Source: Bacteroidota bacterium
Lineage (GTDB): Bacteria > Bacteroidota > Bacteroidia > AKYH767-A > OLB10
Direction: 5' to 3'
Assembly (NCBI GenBank): GCA_024643795.1
Contig: JAHEMF010000006.1
Location: forward strand, 22,112 to 86,111
DNA: 64,000 nt
Shown here: one piece after another, positions 60,781 to 64,000 of the stretch
Layout: each line of letters starts with the position of its first letter
How positions within the stretch are numbered: position 1 is the stretch's first letter
Position numbers and translations under genes: made by a program
Notes under the pieces: model-generated
Told to the model about the DNA's origin: nothing
Databases searched by the model: none
Seen by the model: only the letters and a program-made list of their open reading frames with translations

Positions 60781-63183
60781 ATGAAATCAAATCGTGCAAA
60801 AGTACTGACATACCTTTCGCTTCTCTTTATCACTCATATTTTTGGAACTGCTCTGGCTCAAATACCTGCCGGCACGAATGAATCAAATGGAGAATTAGTC
60901 GTTAAGGCACCCTTGCTGTATGATATCTCACATTATAATATAAATATTGACTCTATCAATTTTAGTGCATTTACTATTAAAGCCAACACTAAAGCACGTA
61001 TAGTTGCAAAACAGGCAATTGTTTCTCAAGTAACTTTTGATTTACTAAAATTCACTGTTGATTCAATATTAAGTGGTGGATCAATATGTGCTTACACCTA
61101 TAACGATACATTGTTGACTGTTACCCTTCCAACACCATTGCCAGCAAATGACAGTATTGATGTGGAAGTGTTTTACAATGGTAGTCCTTCTGTTGATGGT
61201 AGCGGATGGGGCGGATTTTATTTTTCAGGATCATTTGCATTTAATCTGGGGGTAGGCTTTGCTGCTAATCCACATAACTATGGTAGAGCATGGTATCCAT
61301 GCTCAGATACGTTTGACTCTAAAAGCCGGTACGATTTTTTCATCACTACTTCTTCGTCTGCAAAAGCTTTTTGCAACGGTTTTCTGGTGCAGCAAATCGC
61401 AAATCCAAATGGTACTATAACCTGGCACTGGAAAATGAATGATCCTATACCAAGCTATCTGGTAAGCATGGCTGTAGGGCCTTATCATACTGTTACCAAC
61501 ACATTGTCCGGAATACCTGTAGAGATCGCATGTCTTGCATCTGATACCAACAATGTGAACGCTACATTTAGCAATCTTGACACAACCCTTACTAAGTTTA
61601 TTGATTCATATGGACCGTACCCATTTGATAAGGTAGGGTATTGCCTTGTTCCATTCAATTCAGGAGCCATGGAACATGCCGCAAGTATTCATATAGGCAG
61701 AGTGTTTGTGAATGGATCGCAATCATATGCTACTTTATGGGCTCATGAACTTTCGCATATGTGGTGGGGTGATAAGGTAACTTGTAAAACAGCTGAAGAT
61801 ATGTGGCTGAATGAGGGCTTTGCGTCATTCAATGAGGCTCTCTATACTCAAAATATATCCGGAGATGTTGCTTACACGAATTGGATCCGGTCCAATCATC
61901 GAAAAGTTTTACAGTTTGCACATACACCGGCAGGTGACGGATCTTATCTCACTTTAAACAATATTCCACACGATTACACATATGGTCAGCATGTTTATAA
62001 TAAAGGTGCCAGCATTGCTCACTCACTTCGTGGAATGCTTGGAGATTCGGCATTCTTCGCTGGTTGTAAGATTTATATGGACAACCATGCCTATGGAAAT
62101 GCAGATAGTTATGATCTGAAAAACGATTTTAATTCCATGCCTACAGTTGATGTTACCAGATTTTTTGATGATTGGGTATTTACTCCCGGATTCCCTCATT
62201 TTTCAGTTGATTCTGTGGCAATTTACATTGGTGCCTTCGATCATGTATATGTGCATACCAGACAAAGAAATGTTGGTAATTCCAACCATCTATATAAGAT
62301 GCCTGTTGAAATTAATCTCACCGATGGAAATAACGACACAACTTTCACGGTGTTGATCGATTCGGTTACAAATGTATTTCACTTCCCGTTGTTGTTCACA
62401 CCAACAATGGTGACCATTGACCGTGATCTGAAAATTACCGATGCTGTGGTTGATTATGAAAAAAATATCAACAGCACTGGCAATAACATCATGTATGAAA
62501 CCAATGTATCTTTAAATGTTCAGGATCCTGGTATTAACGGATCTACGATTAGAGTAGAACATAATTATGTAGAACCTGACGGATTCAAACAATCAAATCC
62601 AGGAATAAGGTTATCAGATTATCATTACTGGACTGTGAAAGGGTTGCTTTCATCAGGTTTTGAGTCTTCTGCCAACTTTACTTATGATGGATCCAACAGT
62701 TCAGTATCCGGTTTTCTGGATAATACCCTTATAACCGGAGTGGAAGATAGTATTGTAATGATGTACAGGGAGGGGTCATGGGATGACTGGAGTCCTGTGA
62801 ACGGTTTCACACTCAATAAAGGAGCCAATTCAATGGATAAACGTGGTAGTGTTATTGTTGACTCCCTTAAAGCAGGTGAATATTGTTTAGGCTATTTTGA
62901 TCATCTGGTTGGGTTGTCTGCAGAGCTAGAATTGAAAAAAATAAAGATTTTTCCTAATCCTGCAAATGAAAAACTGACAGTAGAAATAAACTCTGAGAAC
63001 AAATCTGACCTAAACATTCAGATAACAGATACACGGGGATCTGTTATACTCTATCAAAGAATTTCAAAAAATAGCAGGGAATTTATTTGGGATTCTTCAG
63101 ATGTACAAAGCGGGATGTATCATGTTATTCTTGTTAATAACCAAGAAGCAATAGGTTATGCAAAAGTTATCATTCAAAAATAG
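60781..63183 (+). CDS. M1-family aminopeptidase (aminopeptidase N-like) with a C-terminal T9SS type-A sorting domain
   Basis: Has an HELSHMWWGD…E zinc site and a GAMEH exopeptidase motif. The C-terminus is KIFPNPANEKLTVEI…, a Por secretion tail. Confidence 0.85.
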   Translation: MKSNRAKVLTYLSLLFITHIFGTALAQIPAGTNESNGELVVKAPLLYDISHYNINIDSINFSAFTIKANTKARIVAKQAIVSQVTFDLLKFTVDSILSGGSICAYTYNDTLLTVTLPTPLPANDSIDVEVFYNGSPSVDGSGWGGFYFSGSFAFNLGVGFAANPHNYGRAWYPCSDTFDSKSRYDFFITTSSSAKAFCNGFLVQQIANPNGTITWHWKMNDPIPSYLVSMAVGPYHTVTNTLSGIPVEIACLASDTNNVNATFSNLDTTLTKFIDSYGPYPFDKVGYCLVPFNSGAMEHAASIHIGRVFVNGSQSYATLWAHELSHMWWGDKVTCKTAEDMWLNEGFASFNEALYTQNISGDVAYTNWIRSNHRKVLQFAHTPAGDGSYLTLNNIPHDYTYGQHVYNKGASIAHSLRGMLGDSAFFAGCKIYMDNHAYGNADSYDLKNDFNSMPTVDVTRFFDDWVFTPGFPHFSVDSVAIYIGAFDHVYVHTRQRNVGNSNHLYKMPVEINLTDGNNDTTFTVLIDSVTNVFHFPLLFTPTMVTIDRDLKITDAVVDYEKNINSTGNNIMYETNVSLNVQDPGINGSTIRVEHNYVEPDGFKQSNPGIRLSDYHYWTVKGLLSSGFESSANFTYDGSNSSVSGFLDNTLITGVEDSIVMMYREGSWDDWSPVNGFTLNKGANSMDKRGSVIVDSLKAGEYCLGYFDHLVGLSAELELKKIKIFPNPANEKLTVEINSENKSDLNIQITDTRGSVILYQRISKNSREFIWDSSDVQSGMYHVILVNNQEAIGYAKVIIQK

Positions 63184-63192
63184 CAGCAATTA

Positions 63193-64000
63193 TCAGGCAT
63201 TTATTTTTTCCTGCTGAGCTTCTTTAGAAAAAGTTCTTAGTTTTAGATCGTAACCATTTCCTTTGGTCATGATATGAACTTTCAGGTTCTCAATGCTGAT
63301 AGGTGATCCTTCCGGCAGATCACTTACATTTGAATGTTGTATATCATAACCATCAACTATGGTAACAATTCTTGACCCGATCACTTCCATGTATCGCCCT
63401 TCTGATATAAGAACACCTGTATCTTCTCCAAGACCGATCCCAATACAACCCGGGTTGCAAGCTATAGCCTGAGCCACCCTGCCAAACCGACCTCTTTTAT
63501 TGAAATGAGAATCTATAATAACATCTTTAATGAATGCAAGGCCGGTTGTAAGTTTTACTTCTCCTTTTAGCAAGGCACCGGCACTACTGCCTTGATAAAT
63601 CATTGTGTTTGACATTGCCATAGCCCCGGCACTTGTACCTGCAATTAAAAAATTCTCGTTCATATACCTGTCCTGCAGGATGTCAAGAAGCTCGGTGCCT
63701 CCAAAAATTGAACTTAGTCTGAGCTGGTTTCCTCCCGTGAACATTACTCCATCACATTCTCTCAGTCGTTTTGCAAATTCAGGATTTTTTGTTTCCTCAC
63801 GGTTTCCAATATGCATGGCTGTTACATGTGTGTTGCCAAGCTTTCCAAACGCTTGAATATATGCATCTCCCACTTCTTCCGGGATCCTGCTGGCGCTGGT
63901 AATGACTTCAACTCGGGAATCCTTATGACCTTTTATCTCAGAAAGTATTCTGCTAAGGATCTGTAATTCAAAAAAGTTGATATTGTTTTTTTCTTCGTAA
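63193..64000 (-). CDS. Peptidase S51 family (cyanophycinase-like); N-terminus lies beyond the window end
   Basis: Has the AGTSAGAMAMS nucleophile motif. The frame stays open upstream of the GTG at 63873 all the way to position 64000. Confidence 0.7.
   Translation of the reverse strand, partial: YEEKNNINFFELQILSRILSEIKGHKDSRVEVITSASRIPEEVGDAYIQAFGKLGNTHVTAMHIGNREETKNPEFAKRLRECDGVMFTGGNQLRLSSIFGGTELLDILQDRYMNENFLIAGTSAGAMAMSNTMIYQGSSAGALLKGEVKLTTGLAFIKDVIIDSHFNKRGRFGRVAQAIACNPGCIGIGLGEDTGVLISEGRYMEVIGSRIVTIVDGYDIQHSNVSDLPEGSPISIENLKVHIMTKGNGYDLKLRTFSKEAQQEKINA

Overview
Gene-dense chromosomal segment, about 40% GC, from a Bacteroidota-type bacterium. The assignment rests on a fused ccoNO gene, TAnnTTTG-type promoter elements, T9SS C-terminal sorting domains, many SusC/TBDR-style and lipoprotein genes, and an archaeal/eukaryote-type ProRS.

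Main content, in order:
- The window opens inside the last module of an NRPS (A-PCP-TE), followed by an Sfp-type PPTase.
- Glutamate dehydrogenase and RidA.
- A complete cbb3 oxidase and maturation operon on the minus strand (ccoI, a GC-rich structured element, ccoS, ccoNO, ccoQ, ccoP, ccoG, ccoH, a TauE-like gene). The 54-aa ccoS was missed by the ORF track.
- A UbiD-family decarboxylase, citrate synthase and enolase.
- A putative metal-uptake triad: a Cys-rich secreted protein, a TonB-dependent receptor and a periplasmic HMA protein.
- Three co-oriented hypothetical outer-membrane or lipoprotein genes.
- acs and an M16 peptidase.
- A FadL-like outer-membrane protein preceded by a very unusual low-complexity lipoprotein.
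- proS, tRNA-Glu, rpsT, radC, upp, a HAD hydrolase and an FtsX permease.
- rpsF-rpsR-rplI, efp, typA, lpxD and a PP2C phosphatase.
- A polysaccharide locus fragment (Wzy/O-antigen ligase-like, Wzz-like, Wzx).
- rnhB, a 900-aa hypothetical membrane-anchored protein, a LysM glucosaminidase, a PLP deaminase-like enzyme, hutU and psd.
- An M1 aminopeptidase with a T9SS tail, and a partial S51 (cyanophycinase-like) peptidase at the window end.

No transposases, integrases, CRISPR arrays or recognisable defence genes were seen. The most unusual items are the prion-like/STPRP-repeat lipoprotein next to the FadL-like gene, the GC-rich structured element inside the cco operon, the Cys-nucleophile-like TE domain in the NRPS, and several small Cys-rich secreted proteins.
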